Source: a virus
Lineage: Duplodnaviria; Caudoviricetes
Length of the DNA stretch: 64,000 nt
IMG/VR virus record: IMGVR_UViG_3300017965_000002
Location: 7,254-71,253 of that record
Reading direction: 5' to 3' (one strand)
Made by a program: the position numbers and the translations under genes. The notes below the pieces were generated by a model. It worked only from the letters and a program-made list of their open reading frames with translations. It did no database searches and was not told the DNA's origin. This document shows positions 7,276 through 17,336 of this stretch, one piece after another; the stretch's first letter is position 1; the number at the start of each line of letters is the position of its first letter.

Positions 7276-8523
7276 ATGATACCACAAAAGAAAGCCCAGC
7301 TAGATCTTCACCTCGGCGAGAAGTTTGTTCAGAATCTGTGGACTCCTGCTCGACATCACGCTCTCTTTGGTGGGCGAGGCTCTGCTAAGTCCTGGTCCGT
7401 TGCTAGCTTCATAACAATCGTTGGCGCCCAGGAAAAGAAAAAGATTGTTTGTGCTCGTCAGTTCCAGAACAGTATTCGCGACAGCTCTAAAGCACTTATT
7501 GAGAAGAGAATCTCTACCCTTGGTTTTGATGGGCACTACAAAGTAACGGATCAATACATCACTCATGTTGAAACTAAGACTGAAATCTCTTTTGTGGGCC
7601 TCGAGCGCAACATTGACAGCATACGTTCTCTCGAAGGTGCTGATATTGTATGGGTAGAAGAAGCGAGGACGATTCGTGCCAAGTCGATGGAAGTGCTTCT
7701 GCCCACAGTGCGTTCTCCCGGCAGTTTCTTCATCTGGACTTGGAACCCCGAAAAGCCCGACGACCCTGTCGATTACTACTTTCGCAACACGAAAGTCGGT
7801 CCGCCACCCCGTTCCCTTGTCACGTTCGTCGACTGTGCCGATAACCCGTATTTCTATCAGACCGAGTTGCCGGAAGAGCGAGACACACTAAAGCGAGGCA
7901 ATTTCGAACGATATAAGCATGTGTGGCTTGGTGGTTACGATACGGCTGCTGACTCCAAGGTCTTCCCGAACTGTACCACAGGAACCTGCTTAGTACCAGT
8001 AGATTGTCCGCCGCGATACGGGATGGACTTTGGCTTCGGGACTGATCCTAGCTTCGTTGTCAAGATATATTTAATCGAAGCCATTAAGACAATCTATATC
8101 GCAGCCGAGGCTTCGGGCCGCGTGCCAATGGATCAGCTTCCGGTACTCTTGCTTTCCGTGTTGGATAACAGTAACGATCTAGTCAAGGCGGATTCTAGTC
8201 AACCTGGCACGATTGAGTTTCTACAGACTCGTGGTTTTCCAAATTTGGTTGGAGCTAAGAAGGGTCCTGGATCTGTTAAGTCCGGCATTAACTTTATGTC
8301 CGGGTATAAGATTGTGATCCACCCGCAATGTGAGATGATGCGGGATGAGGCGCGTCTTTACTCGTTTATGACTGATAGACTCTCCGGTAAGGTACTTCCT
8401 GGTCGAGTTCCTGTTGATGCAAACAACCACGGTTGGGATGCAAGTCGTTACGCTCTTGAAGATGCCATTGCCCAACCCGACGTTTCTGATGATCCTTTTG
8501 GTGGTGTGGTGAAGCTGTGGTAG
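7276..8523 (+). CDS. terL: terminase large subunit (PBSX-like)
   Basis: Walker A GGRGSAKS, Walker B VWVEEA, nuclease motifs GMDFGF and NNHGWDASRYA. Confidence 0.95.
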   Translation: MIPQKKAQLDLHLGEKFVQNLWTPARHHALFGGRGSAKSWSVASFITIVGAQEKKKIVCARQFQNSIRDSSKALIEKRISTLGFDGHYKVTDQYITHVETKTEISFVGLERNIDSIRSLEGADIVWVEEARTIRAKSMEVLLPTVRSPGSFFIWTWNPEKPDDPVDYYFRNTKVGPPPRSLVTFVDCADNPYFYQTELPEERDTLKRGNFERYKHVWLGGYDTAADSKVFPNCTTGTCLVPVDCPPRYGMDFGFGTDPSFVVKIYLIEAIKTIYIAAEASGRVPMDQLPVLLLSVLDNSNDLVKADSSQPGTIEFLQTRGFPNLVGAKKGPGSVKSGINFMSGYKIVIHPQCEMMRDEARLYSFMTDRLSGKVLPGRVPVDANNHGWDASRYALEDAIAQPDVSDDPFGGVVKLW

Positions 8524-8765
8524 AAGACAACGTTGTTAGCTTGGAGCGTGAACGTATTAAAAAGATGCTTCAGCTGACACACGAATTACTTGATCGTATT
8601 GTTAACGGTCAGACTCTTGCGATTGCTATTGTTGAAGTTCATCCTAATAATGCGGTATCGACTTCCGCAATTCTGAATGATCGTTTTCATCATGTATTAT
8701 CTGGAGCTACGCAATTGGTTCATAATATAGCTGAACAGACAGATGACGAACTAGAGGATCTATGA
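8517..8765 (+). CDS. hypothetical protein
   Basis: 82 aa ORF tiling between terL and the next gene. Confidence 0.6.
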   Translation: MVEDNVVSLERERIKKMLQLTHELLDRIVNGQTLAIAIVEVHPNNAVSTSAILNDRFHHVLSGATQLVHNIAEQTDDELEDL

Positions 8766-8766
8766 T

Positions 8767-8949
8767 ATGGGATGTAATTGTGGTAAGTCCTTCTCTACCT
8801 ACGCCACAGGTTCGCGTTATCGGTCTGGAAGTACCAGTCACGTTCCGACTCAGCAACCTGCACCTGTAAGTATCAAGAGTAAGTCGCTCCAGGCGAAAAC
8901 TGCTAACGGTACTCCAGCTCAAGCTGCCTCGGGAAGACGTAAAGTCTAA
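8767..8949 (+). CDS. small basic protein with N-terminal CxC
   Basis: MGCNCGKSF...; TAATG coupled to portal. Confidence 0.6.
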   Translation: MGCNCGKSFSTYATGSRYRSGSTSHVPTQQPAPVSIKSKSLQAKTANGTPAQAASGRRKV

Positions 8950-10277
8950 TGTGGGACTGGTTAATCAAAAAGCCACCTAAGCGGGACGTATCCGAAGAGC
9001 CTATGAGTCCGATCTTCACGATCGGGGGTCAGGCGGTTCGTGTTGTTTCTACTGCTGCAATTATGACGGCTGAAGAAGCACAGCGCCGCATTCCCCAACT
9101 GTATCGTGTAACTCATCTTGTTGCATCTAGCGCCCAAGCTGTTCCTTGGTTTTGCGAAGCAGATCCAATGGTTCCAGTTTCTGAGCGTGCTAAACCCGGA
9201 GCGATTAAAGCTATCAATTCGATGCTTAAATCTCCGAATGATAACTTCACTCCGGAAAATCTGCGTTACTGGATGACGCTTAACTTGATGCTTTATTCTC
9301 GAGTGCATTTCAAGGTGGGTGTTGGTACAGCAGGTATGCCCAACGGAATCTATCCCCTTGCTACAAGGTATATGAAAGGGGTTCCGAACTCCCGAGGTAC
9401 AATCGATACTTACATTTATGGTGAGAATACACCACAGGAACAGAGGTTCCCGTCTAAGCGCAAAGCACAACCTGGCGAAAGTTATGCTGCTGAGATCTCT
9501 TTTCCATCCCTCTCTGGTTTAGTCGAATACAATAAATCTCCAGCAGCTATCGAATCGTTGATGATTCCACTTTCGATTATTACTTGTCTGATGCAAAGAG
9601 CGTATGATACTGCGTCTGGTCATCCTAATATCAAGTACGTGGTTACGTCTGATAAAACTTTAACCAAACAGCAAGTTGAGGCGCTTAAAGAGCATCTCGA
9701 AAGCTCCGGTCCCGGAGAGGAAGGTTCAGGTACTGTCCTCTTCCTCTACAATACTAAGATCGAAGTTCACACGCTCGACAATAAGATGGGGGATATTCAC
9801 AGCAAGATCCCTCTCGATGATATGACCCGCATTATTGCGGGAGTGTTTGGTGTTCCTGTGGCTCTTCTAGGATTGAGCAATGCGGACTCTGCAAAGTATT
9901 CGAATAATTATGAACAGTCCAGACTTGCGTTATGGCAAGATACTGTCGTACCTACTTATATTTCTCCTATGGCCGCTGGTCTCAGTGCGTGTCTTTGTCC
10001 GTATGGTTCTAAGATTTCCTTCGACTATGATGCAATTCCTGCGCTCTGGGAAGGCCGCGCAAAACTCGGTCAGACCCTCAGTCACGTCAACTTCCTCACG
10101 AGCGACGAGAAACGCGAAATCCTTGGATTCGAGCCGGACCCCGATCTCCCGAAACTGATTGGTTCCACTACATCCACCCCGATCCCGACCGAGGGCGGCG
10201 AACCTGCTAAACCTGATGAACCCGACGATGAAGAAGAAGATTCTTCAAAAGCTCCCCCGCTCAAGCTCGTAAATTGA
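8949..10277 (+). CDS. portal protein (HK97 family)
   Basis: Size and position; IAGVFGVPVALLG and YSNNYEQ motifs. Confidence 0.9.
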   Translation: MWDWLIKKPPKRDVSEEPMSPIFTIGGQAVRVVSTAAIMTAEEAQRRIPQLYRVTHLVASSAQAVPWFCEADPMVPVSERAKPGAIKAINSMLKSPNDNFTPENLRYWMTLNLMLYSRVHFKVGVGTAGMPNGIYPLATRYMKGVPNSRGTIDTYIYGENTPQEQRFPSKRKAQPGESYAAEISFPSLSGLVEYNKSPAAIESLMIPLSIITCLMQRAYDTASGHPNIKYVVTSDKTLTKQQVEALKEHLESSGPGEEGSGTVLFLYNTKIEVHTLDNKMGDIHSKIPLDDMTRIIAGVFGVPVALLGLSNADSAKYSNNYEQSRLALWQDTVVPTYISPMAAGLSACLCPYGSKISFDYDAIPALWEGRAKLGQTLSHVNFLTSDEKREILGFEPDPDLPKLIGSTTSTPIPTEGGEPAKPDEPDDEEEDSSKAPPLKLVN

Positions 10278-10288
10278 GAGATAGACCT

Positions 10289-11029
10289 ATGACCCAGACT
10301 CATAAACAAGGTGATATGATCAATCTCGATCTTGGTATCGAACTCTCCAAGATTAACATTGAGAATCAGCCCCCGGGTTATTTCGAGGGAATTGCGAGTA
10401 CACCTTCCACAGATCTTTATGGTCATAAAGTGTTGAAGGGAGCTTTCGATAAGTCGATCAAGCAGAAGGGCTTGACTGGACCCCGGGGTGTGAAACTTCT
10501 GGTTCATCATGATTGGACAAGACCCGCTGGCGCTATCTCCAAGCTCAAGACAGTGGGCGACAATCTCGAGATCGCTGGGCAAATGAACTTGAACATCTCT
10601 TATGTTAAGGATGTTCATGAGGTCGCCATCCAGAACGGCGGTCTGAACTTCAGCGTTGGGTTTACGCTGGATGAATTTAGTTTTGTTGATGAGAAGAAGT
10701 CCGAAGACGGTGAATATCTTCTCATTAAGTCAGGCGACTTAATGGAAGTCAGCGTTGTGGTGTTCCCTGCCCAACTCGAGGCAGAAATGACCTTCATTAA
10801 GAATCACGATACGATGGCACAACTCGAGAAAGCTCTTGTAGCCCAAGGGATGTGCCGAAGCAGAGGCGATGCGCACAAGTTGGCGAACTACTTGAAAGCG
10901 AATTCGCATCTGTTCCTAGACGAGCGGGAGCCTTTGGCTGAACCGCTCGGAAACGGGCATCCCCTGCTGGATGTACAATTGCTACAGCCAGTTCGCGATC
11001 AACTTGCACGCATCAAAGCGATGCTGTGA
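10289..11029 (+). CDS. prohead maturation protease (HK97 family)
   Basis: FEGIAS...D...GAF, LLVHHD, GLNFSVGF, LMEVSVVVFPA motifs. Confidence 0.9.
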   Translation: MTQTHKQGDMINLDLGIELSKINIENQPPGYFEGIASTPSTDLYGHKVLKGAFDKSIKQKGLTGPRGVKLLVHHDWTRPAGAISKLKTVGDNLEIAGQMNLNISYVKDVHEVAIQNGGLNFSVGFTLDEFSFVDEKKSEDGEYLLIKSGDLMEVSVVVFPAQLEAEMTFIKNHDTMAQLEKALVAQGMCRSRGDAHKLANYLKANSHLFLDEREPLAEPLGNGHPLLDVQLLQPVRDQLARIKAML

Positions 11030-11057
11030 GACTCTCAACACATAGGGGATATCCCAA

Positions 11058-12500
11058 ATGATTAAGAATAGACTGATGGCTGCACCTGCCCTGGTGACGC
11101 GGGGTATGTATCTGACGAAGGAAGCTCCTGCTGACCGGCAGGCAGCAGAACAAGCTCTCGAGCTGCTGAATAAGGAGCTTGGCGACATTACTGGTCTGTT
11201 GACCAAGAATCGCGCCGACACCGAGCAGCAATACAAGGACTTGACAAACCATTTTGGTACCGTCAAGGCCGACAGCGACGAGCTGAAGAAAACGGTTCTG
11301 AAGCACGCTGAAGATTATGCTGCGCTTGTGGCTACTCAGCAGTCACTCACGCAGGCTCTCGACCAGGTGAAGAAGGAACTTGACGCTCCGATTCTTAAGG
11401 GTGGCGATGCTTTGGTTGAGTCCGACAAGAAAGCTGGCGTCGAGTGCCAGAAGCGCGCCCACATCTTTAAGGGCGGCACGGAAGACGACTTCAAACCCGA
11501 CATGAACAATCTGATCGATGCGTCTGCCTATCGTTCGGCTGTGCGCAAGATGATGCAGGTTGGCATCGAGTCGAAGCAGAAGGTCATTCGTGGACTTACC
11601 GAGCCGGAGAAGAAGGCGTTCGATGCTTCCTCTCTCGACAGTGCATTCTTCTCGCCCGAGCTTCTTGGGATCGAGGTGGATTGTATCATCGAGTGTGCCG
11701 AACTGCTGGATCTTTACGGCAGCGTATCGGTTAGCAAGTCGCAGTTCATGTACCCGCAGGTCATGGACTACGGCGCCATCGGTCAATACGATTGCGATGC
11801 CAAGTGCGATGCCGAATACGGCCCGGAAGGAAATATTATCTTCAAGTCCGGTGCGGTGTCTGACTTCCGTGGCGTGTTTTGCTTCCAGCGTAAGGTGCTA
11901 GCGGAAGCTAACTATCCGTTGCTGGACTTCATGTTCCGTGCAGCGGCGCGTTCCTATCGCATTAACCGCAACCGTGCGTTGATGGTGGGCGATGGTATCA
12001 ATCAGCCTCTCGGTTGGTTGAACTCTTCGTGCTTTACGAAGAAATCTACGTCGACGCCGGCGAAGTTCAACCACGTGGACTTCCGTTTGTTTTACGGTAG
12101 CTCCCCCGTTGAGTATGGTCCGGTGACAGCCGTCATGCACCAGAACACGTTTGCTTATCTGGCGGCATTGGTAGACACCACTGGACGTTTCATCTTCGGT
12201 GATGGTCTGATGACCTATTCCCCGAACGATGTTCGTGAGAACATCCGTATCAGCAACTGCCTGCCTGATCCGACTGCTGATCTGACCAAAGGTAGCGAAG
12301 CTGTTCCATTCACCGCCGGCGACTTCCTTGTTGCTGCTGGTAGCTGGAAACAGGCCTACTACATGGTCAATAAGCGTTCGCTCTGGATGGAACAGTGGGA
12401 AGGTCAATCTACTGCCTGGTGCGTCAAGTATGTGTTCGGCGCCGAGGACGGTGGCTTTACCGCTTGCTGCCCCGCAGCACGCATCCTCACCGTTGGTTGA
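11058..12500 (+). CDS. major capsid protein (HK97 fold, N-terminal delta domain), Cys-rich
   Basis: Coiled-coil N-terminus, GDGINQPLG motif, position after protease. Confidence 0.9.
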   Translation: MIKNRLMAAPALVTRGMYLTKEAPADRQAAEQALELLNKELGDITGLLTKNRADTEQQYKDLTNHFGTVKADSDELKKTVLKHAEDYAALVATQQSLTQALDQVKKELDAPILKGGDALVESDKKAGVECQKRAHIFKGGTEDDFKPDMNNLIDASAYRSAVRKMMQVGIESKQKVIRGLTEPEKKAFDASSLDSAFFSPELLGIEVDCIIECAELLDLYGSVSVSKSQFMYPQVMDYGAIGQYDCDAKCDAEYGPEGNIIFKSGAVSDFRGVFCFQRKVLAEANYPLLDFMFRAAARSYRINRNRALMVGDGINQPLGWLNSSCFTKKSTSTPAKFNHVDFRLFYGSSPVEYGPVTAVMHQNTFAYLAALVDTTGRFIFGDGLMTYSPNDVRENIRISNCLPDPTADLTKGSEAVPFTAGDFLVAAGSWKQAYYMVNKRSLWMEQWEGQSTAWCVKYVFGAEDGGFTACCPAARILTVG

Positions 12501-12524
12501 TCTTTCAATCTTAAGGAGGTCGAT

Positions 12525-12710
12525 ATGGCCGACAAAGATCGTGAAGTAAATGAGGATCAACCTGAGAGGGAAGCTCCTCCTGTTCGTTGGAATGAGACTG
12601 TGAACTCCGGCTGGTATATCTCGAATGAGATGTTTCGACGGATTGCTCGCACAGGAGAGTTCTCTCCTAAACAGGAAACCGCGGAGCCGAAGGCTGCTCC
12701 ATCCGCCTAG
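12525..12710 (+). CDS. hypothetical protein
   Basis: AAGGAGG RBS, 61 aa. Confidence 0.6.
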   Translation: MADKDREVNEDQPEREAPPVRWNETVNSGWYISNEMFRRIARTGEFSPKQETAEPKAAPSA

Positions 12711-12734
12711 TCAAGTTAACTCATAGAGGTTCAA

Positions 12735-13142
12735 ATGAACATCAACGTAGCTACCCAGAATAGCGGCCTTGTGGCATATTCTGGTGCTGTGGCGGCGATC
12801 AGTCCCCCGATTGATATTCGCCAACATAACAACTTCGGTTTCACATTCCAGGTTGCGGCGGCTATTGCGGCCAATGCAGTCTTTGAAGTGCAAGCTGCTC
12901 CGCCGAGCGATCCTAATCCGTGTCTTCCTGGAACCTTTGTTCCGGTTCCTGAAGTACCTAACTGCACCGGGTTAGGTGTTCCTGCTGCCAATTCCCGTAT
13001 CACTATCCCTGCGGGTACGCCAATTGGCTCCATCTGCACGGCAACTCTGCCTTGCCGTCCCAATGCCTTCATAAAGGTGATCCCGGTCAGTGGCACTACG
13101 GCGAGCGTTGCTGTTGTGGCGGTGCTCGGCGGACCGCGCTAA
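12735..13142 (+). CDS. putative minor capsid/decoration protein, paralogue 1
   Basis: After MCP; beta-rich; shares IDIRQHN.F.FTF.V, CTAT.PCRP.AFIKV and VAVL.GPR with the next gene. Confidence 0.65.
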   Translation: MNINVATQNSGLVAYSGAVAAISPPIDIRQHNNFGFTFQVAAAIAANAVFEVQAAPPSDPNPCLPGTFVPVPEVPNCTGLGVPAANSRITIPAGTPIGSICTATLPCRPNAFIKVIPVSGTTASVAVVAVLGGPR

Positions 13143-13169
13143 TATCACCCCAGTCCAGGAGATGATCTC

Positions 13170-13586
13170 ATGAATCTGAATATCGCTTCACAACATCAAG
13201 GGGTCATCGCCTGGAATGCTAAGACCCCTCCTCATAATCCCGGAATTGATATCAGACAACATAACGGGTTCTCGTTTACCTTCACAGTTGATTCTGATAT
13301 CACCGTGGAAGCTGTGTTTGAGGTACGGTCGGCGCCACCTCTCCCATCGGACAACTGTATGGGAGACGTCGCTAATGCAAAAGACATCCCCGAAGTTCTG
13401 ATGTGTGCGATGCCTGGGCAAGTCGCTGCTCCGAAGTCGCAGATCATCTTCCCTGTTGGTACTAAGGCAGGCACTGTCTGCACGGCTACGATACCGTGCA
13501 GACCGGATGCTTTTATTAAGGTGTTCGCGGTCTCTGGTGATACTGGCCGCGTCATCGTTGTTGCCGTTCTAAGTGGTCCACGTTGA
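13170..13586 (+). CDS. putative minor capsid/decoration protein, paralogue 2
   Basis: Tandem paralogue of 12735-13142. Confidence 0.65.
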   Translation: MNLNIASQHQGVIAWNAKTPPHNPGIDIRQHNGFSFTFTVDSDITVEAVFEVRSAPPLPSDNCMGDVANAKDIPEVLMCAMPGQVAAPKSQIIFPVGTKAGTVCTATIPCRPDAFIKVFAVSGDTGRVIVVAVLSGPR

Positions 13587-13984
13587 GAAAGACTGCTACT
13601 AAAGCGGTGAGAGTGCAGCCGGGCGATGAGATAATCGTTCGTGCTGTACTTCCACCTGAGCTTGGCCTTGCTCGCTTATATGTTTGGGCAAGGCTATCCG
13701 ATGATGCGAATTTCTCGCCTTACGTTCAGAATACGGATGTAATAGCTAAAGACGGTCTCCCTCAGATGCTCTCGCCATTGAGCATGAGATTAGTGTCACA
13801 ACGCCCTGCTCATAAGATTAGTTTTGTGGCTGACATTAAAGGTCAGATTGTTATTATTCAAGAAGTAGATACTCATGAAGATAGAATTGCTGAAGTAAGT
13901 CTCGATCTCATTATGGCTGCGACGTCAAGGTTAAATCGTTTCAAACGGAGATTGACAGAATGGCCGAAGACAGTGAAACTCTAA
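13583..13984 (+). CDS. hypothetical protein
   Basis: TTG start overlapping upstream TGA; 133 aa. Confidence 0.55.
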   Translation: MRKTATKAVRVQPGDEIIVRAVLPPELGLARLYVWARLSDDANFSPYVQNTDVIAKDGLPQMLSPLSMRLVSQRPAHKISFVADIKGQIVIIQEVDTHEDRIAEVSLDLIMAATSRLNRFKRRLTEWPKTVKL

Positions 13985-14322
13985 AAGTTCATATGCTCCG
14001 CACGACGGGGAAGAACGATACCATTCAATGGTTCGAATATCGACCGTCATTCCAAGCGGAGATTGTGCGTATTGAATGGGAAATCGATACGATGGACGTG
14101 GAACTTGATTCTCCGATTGCTGACTACTTGCTGCGAGCGGGCTATGCTACCCCAGTTTCCCCGGGTTCAGCCCCTGTAACCCCGCCCCCTGCGCCCGATC
14201 CGGCGGTACCCGCGGATGAGCCCGTTTCTCCGCCTTGGAAATCCGAAACATCAAACAACCACGCAGCGGATACGCCACCACCTCCGCCTGCACCTTCGTG
14301 GTTGAAGCCAGACGGTGGCTGA
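13960..14322 (+). CDS. hypothetical protein, Pro-rich C-terminus
   Basis: 120 aa ORF in head module. Confidence 0.6.
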   Translation: MAEDSETLKVHMLRTTGKNDTIQWFEYRPSFQAEIVRIEWEIDTMDVELDSPIADYLLRAGYATPVSPGSAPVTPPPAPDPAVPADEPVSPPWKSETSNNHAADTPPPPPAPSWLKPDGG

Positions 14323-14336
14323 TAAAGGAGATTACT

Positions 14337-14429
14337 ATGATCCAGGTTACTTGTCGACCGGGTTGCGGACCGGTCACTGCTGTTCCGCTTGCCGCTCCGC
14401 CTTGCTTCACTTGTCCGCCCGCACCTTAG
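14337..14429 (+). CDS. 30-aa Cys-rich micro-peptide (candidate capsid linking protein)
   Basis: AAAGGAG RBS; MIQVTCRPGCGPVTAVPLAAPPCFTCPPAP. Confidence 0.65.
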   Translation: MIQVTCRPGCGPVTAVPLAAPPCFTCPPAP

Positions 14430-14507
14430 CAGCGGTAGGGACCTCTCCTCTGTTTTCCGCTTTCCCTTGACGGGGGAGAGGACTCCCGCTAATTAGAGGG
14501 TAACATC

Positions 14508-15200
14508 ATGCTCCAGTTTGCTGTTGAAGACGCTGTTCGCGATTCGTGTCAGGTCTGCTGCTGTGAGCAGGTTACTCTGAAGCCTGGAACTACGTCCCGG
14601 CTTATGATTAATTATGCTCCGTGGGCAGTTCCAATCGGTCGACTGCATTGCGAACCACAGTTTGCTATCGAGCAGATGGCAGTCTGCGGTACCAGTTCGG
14701 GTGCGCCTGTAAAGGTCGACGGAGCCAATGTGGCGTTCAATGTTCCGTCACCGCCATTTACTGAGGATTTCAATGCTAAGATTGTAGATCCCGATGGTGG
14801 TACATTAACCTTTAAGGGTGTTCCATTCTACGGACCGAAGTATGGTGTCGTTGAAATCAATTCCGATGGAACGTTCACGTACACTCCTCAAGGTGGATAT
14901 AACGGTCCAGATCGATTCTACGTTAGCGCCACTGACCCAACTGACAAGACTTCTACGTTTGAAGTTCTAGTTGGCGTCGGAAGCTACGATTCCGCTGATA
15001 TGGAAGAGACACCACACGTTACTGTCGAAGGATGGAACGTCAACTATCAACATTATTTTGTCAGTGTTGCAGTCAAGGTTGCACCGAATGCTGACGCTTG
15101 CGAAGTGTGGCGTCTTACTGCACAGATGCAGGCAATTGATTGTAACTGTGTCTGTTACACTCATCAAGATTGTTACGACATTAGGATGAGCAAGTGTTAA
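14508..15200 (+). CDS. Ig-like domain neck/collar protein
   Basis: FTYTPQGGYNGPDRFYVSATD (Big/cadherin-like) with Cys clusters at both ends. Confidence 0.65.
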   Translation: MLQFAVEDAVRDSCQVCCCEQVTLKPGTTSRLMINYAPWAVPIGRLHCEPQFAIEQMAVCGTSSGAPVKVDGANVAFNVPSPPFTEDFNAKIVDPDGGTLTFKGVPFYGPKYGVVEINSDGTFTYTPQGGYNGPDRFYVSATDPTDKTSTFEVLVGVGSYDSADMEETPHVTVEGWNVNYQHYFVSVAVKVAPNADACEVWRLTAQMQAIDCNCVCYTHQDCYDIRMSKC

Positions 15201-15895
15201 GCAGCACCGCTTACACTCTTTCACCTGGGCCGCCGAAACCTTCTGAACCTTTGAAGGAAGGCGAAGCTTTGCGCGGTGTTAACTGGGATGAGTATCTCAG
15301 TATCAATTTGATTCGTCAGCACACTAAGACAGACGATGTGCCTGGGGTGAGTGACGAACAACTGCGTCTTTATCGTGCAGCGGCTGTCGAAGCAGCAGAA
15401 TTCTATACTGGTCTTAGTCTTAAACAACAGAAGGTGTTCAGTGAAATACTTACTGTGAAAAAGCCTAAGCTTGGGCACGATTACGTGATAATTAGACTTC
15501 AGTATCCTTCGGTCGATGGGGAAGTTTATATTTACGGGAACAATCAAAATCCAGAGATTGTTCATGTTACTCCAAATAGTCGTAAAGTAAAACTTCCTGG
15601 GCGGTTCTTTTATACTCCCGATATGAGTAACTGTTGCAATCCGTGTTCGACAGCAACAAATGGTCTTCGGATCATGTATCGTGCGGGGTTCTCTTGTGCA
15701 GATCAAGTCCCGGCGGGAATACTCCTCGGAATCCTCCAATTCGTCGCCTGGGTCGTTGAACATCCTGGTGATGAAGTTCTCAGTATGCGTAATACTCTTT
15801 CTGCTCGTGGTGGAGCAATTATTGGCACTAATAATATTGCGTTGATTAGTGGTGCATTGGAATCTTGGCGTCAATTTGATCCTGAGGGATTCTAG
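15194..15895 (+). CDS. head-tail adaptor (HK97 gp6-like)
   Basis: AAVEAAEFYTG and Y.AG...VPAGILLGIL motifs; position. Confidence 0.75.
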   Translation: MLSSTAYTLSPGPPKPSEPLKEGEALRGVNWDEYLSINLIRQHTKTDDVPGVSDEQLRLYRAAAVEAAEFYTGLSLKQQKVFSEILTVKKPKLGHDYVIIRLQYPSVDGEVYIYGNNQNPEIVHVTPNSRKVKLPGRFFYTPDMSNCCNPCSTATNGLRIMYRAGFSCADQVPAGILLGILQFVAWVVEHPGDEVLSMRNTLSARGGAIIGTNNIALISGALESWRQFDPEGF

Positions 15896-16317
15896 TGGCT
15901 GAAACTAAGATTTCACAGTTGAGGCATCGCGTTGCGATTTGCACGATGAAGGATGTTGTGGTCTCCGCGGATCGAATGGATCTACGCAGAGAAGCTGTGG
16001 TATGGACTTGGGCTAGAATCGAGCATCAGCAACATCTTCCTTCATTCTTATCCGAGATGGGTTATGCAATCAAAGAGCTTGCAACTCGAGCAACACATCG
16101 CATTCGACTCCGATCAGATTTGGGTATTGACTATAGTTCTGCAGCTTGGATCTATGAGGAATTTCTTCAGAGCCCATCTCGCTGGTATAAAGTTCTAGGA
16201 TTCGTAGGTGAGACTAGAAAGATAATAATGCTCGAATGCCATCTTGTTGAAGCTAGTGAGAGAGCTAAACCAGTAGCTAGTGATTTTGATCCTCAACGTA
16301 CCCAGGTGAGCTTGTGA
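15895..16317 (+). CDS. head closure protein
   Basis: LRHRVAI...VWARIE...THRIRLR pattern and position. Confidence 0.7.
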   Translation: MAETKISQLRHRVAICTMKDVVVSADRMDLRREAVVWTWARIEHQQHLPSFLSEMGYAIKELATRATHRIRLRSDLGIDYSSAAWIYEEFLQSPSRWYKVLGFVGETRKIIMLECHLVEASERAKPVASDFDPQRTQVSL

Positions 16318-16712
16318 CTATCGAACTCAGTTTCAAAGAATGGGCACCGTTCTGGGCGAAGCGTGATAAGGCTGCATTTAAACGTTGGCTCAATGCGGTA
16401 GCTCAAGAATCTGAAAAAGCTTTTAAAAGGATGGGGAAATATCCTCCTGCATCAAAACCCAGTGAGTATCCTGCGGTCCGATCTGGTAGACTTAGAGCTT
16501 CGATTAAAACTAGGGTAACTGATACCTTTGTGGAGATTAGCAGTAACACATCTTATGCTGGATTTTTACGCCACGGTACAAGAAAGATGGCACGACGTAA
16601 GATGTCTGATAATGCTTTGAAGGAAGGACTTGCTGCTGCTAAGAAGAGAGCTAAGTCTTGGGTTGGTTGGTCGCACGGTTCCCCAGGAACAAGAGGAATA
16701 CAAGGCGGATAA
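16314..16712 (+). CDS. HK97 gp10-like tail/neck component
   Basis: PAVRSGRLRASI...YAGFLRHGTRKMARR. Confidence 0.7.
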   Translation: MTIELSFKEWAPFWAKRDKAAFKRWLNAVAQESEKAFKRMGKYPPASKPSEYPAVRSGRLRASIKTRVTDTFVEISSNTSYAGFLRHGTRKMARRKMSDNALKEGLAAAKKRAKSWVGWSHGSPGTRGIQGG

Positions 16713-17336
16713 ATGGATGCTATTACTCCCAGAGATGAACTGCCTAAGGTAGAGACTCGTCTTCTGCCTGCTCTGGCGGCTGCGATCGCAGAATGGTTTC
16801 CTGAAGTAGGCGGTCGGGCGATGGCGGTTTCTGAGAGTGCAGTAACGAAAGAGAACATCCCTACGCTTCCGCTAGTTGTGGTTGCTTTTGTTCGTAGTGT
16901 TGGTGAGCAGAGTATAAAATCTCGACAAAGTCAATTTGAGATTACAGATCATTTTGTTGTGGAGTTTTGGTTACCTCCAGAGAAGTATCAACGCGCTAAT
17001 GGAACCGATGCACCGTTCTGGAGTTATTACAATTATGAAGCAATCCGAGATAAACTTTTGACGCATATGGCGACTTGGAGAGCACCGCGGGATGCTCGAA
17101 TTGCTTTTCGAGCTTTAGATACAGAAGCAGATCATTTAGCTGTGACAATGACGTTCGGCTTTATAGCTGCTATCAATTGGAAGGCATGTGTTGCTTATCC
17201 TCCAGATATGATAATCGATCATATTGGATTCAATATGTGCGTTCCTGATCACGAATGTTGTGCGCCACTAGACTGTCTCGAGCCTGATCCGTGTGATCCA
17301 TGTCCACCCGAACCACAACCCGTAGGAGAAACCTAA
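16713..17336 (+). CDS. tail terminator/completion protein
   Basis: Position before sheath; Cys/Pro-rich C-terminal tail. Confidence 0.55.
   Translation: MDAITPRDELPKVETRLLPALAAAIAEWFPEVGGRAMAVSESAVTKENIPTLPLVVVAFVRSVGEQSIKSRQSQFEITDHFVVEFWLPPEKYQRANGTDAPFWSYYNYEAIRDKLLTHMATWRAPRDARIAFRALDTEADHLAVTMTFGFIAAINWKACVAYPPDMIIDHIGFNMCVPDHECCAPLDCLEPDPCDPCPPEPQPVGET

Noticed and set aside
6503-7279. Alternative-frame ORFs 6503-7048 and 7085-7279
   Set aside because: They overlap better-coupled genes (ATGA/TAATG junctions) and have no motifs.
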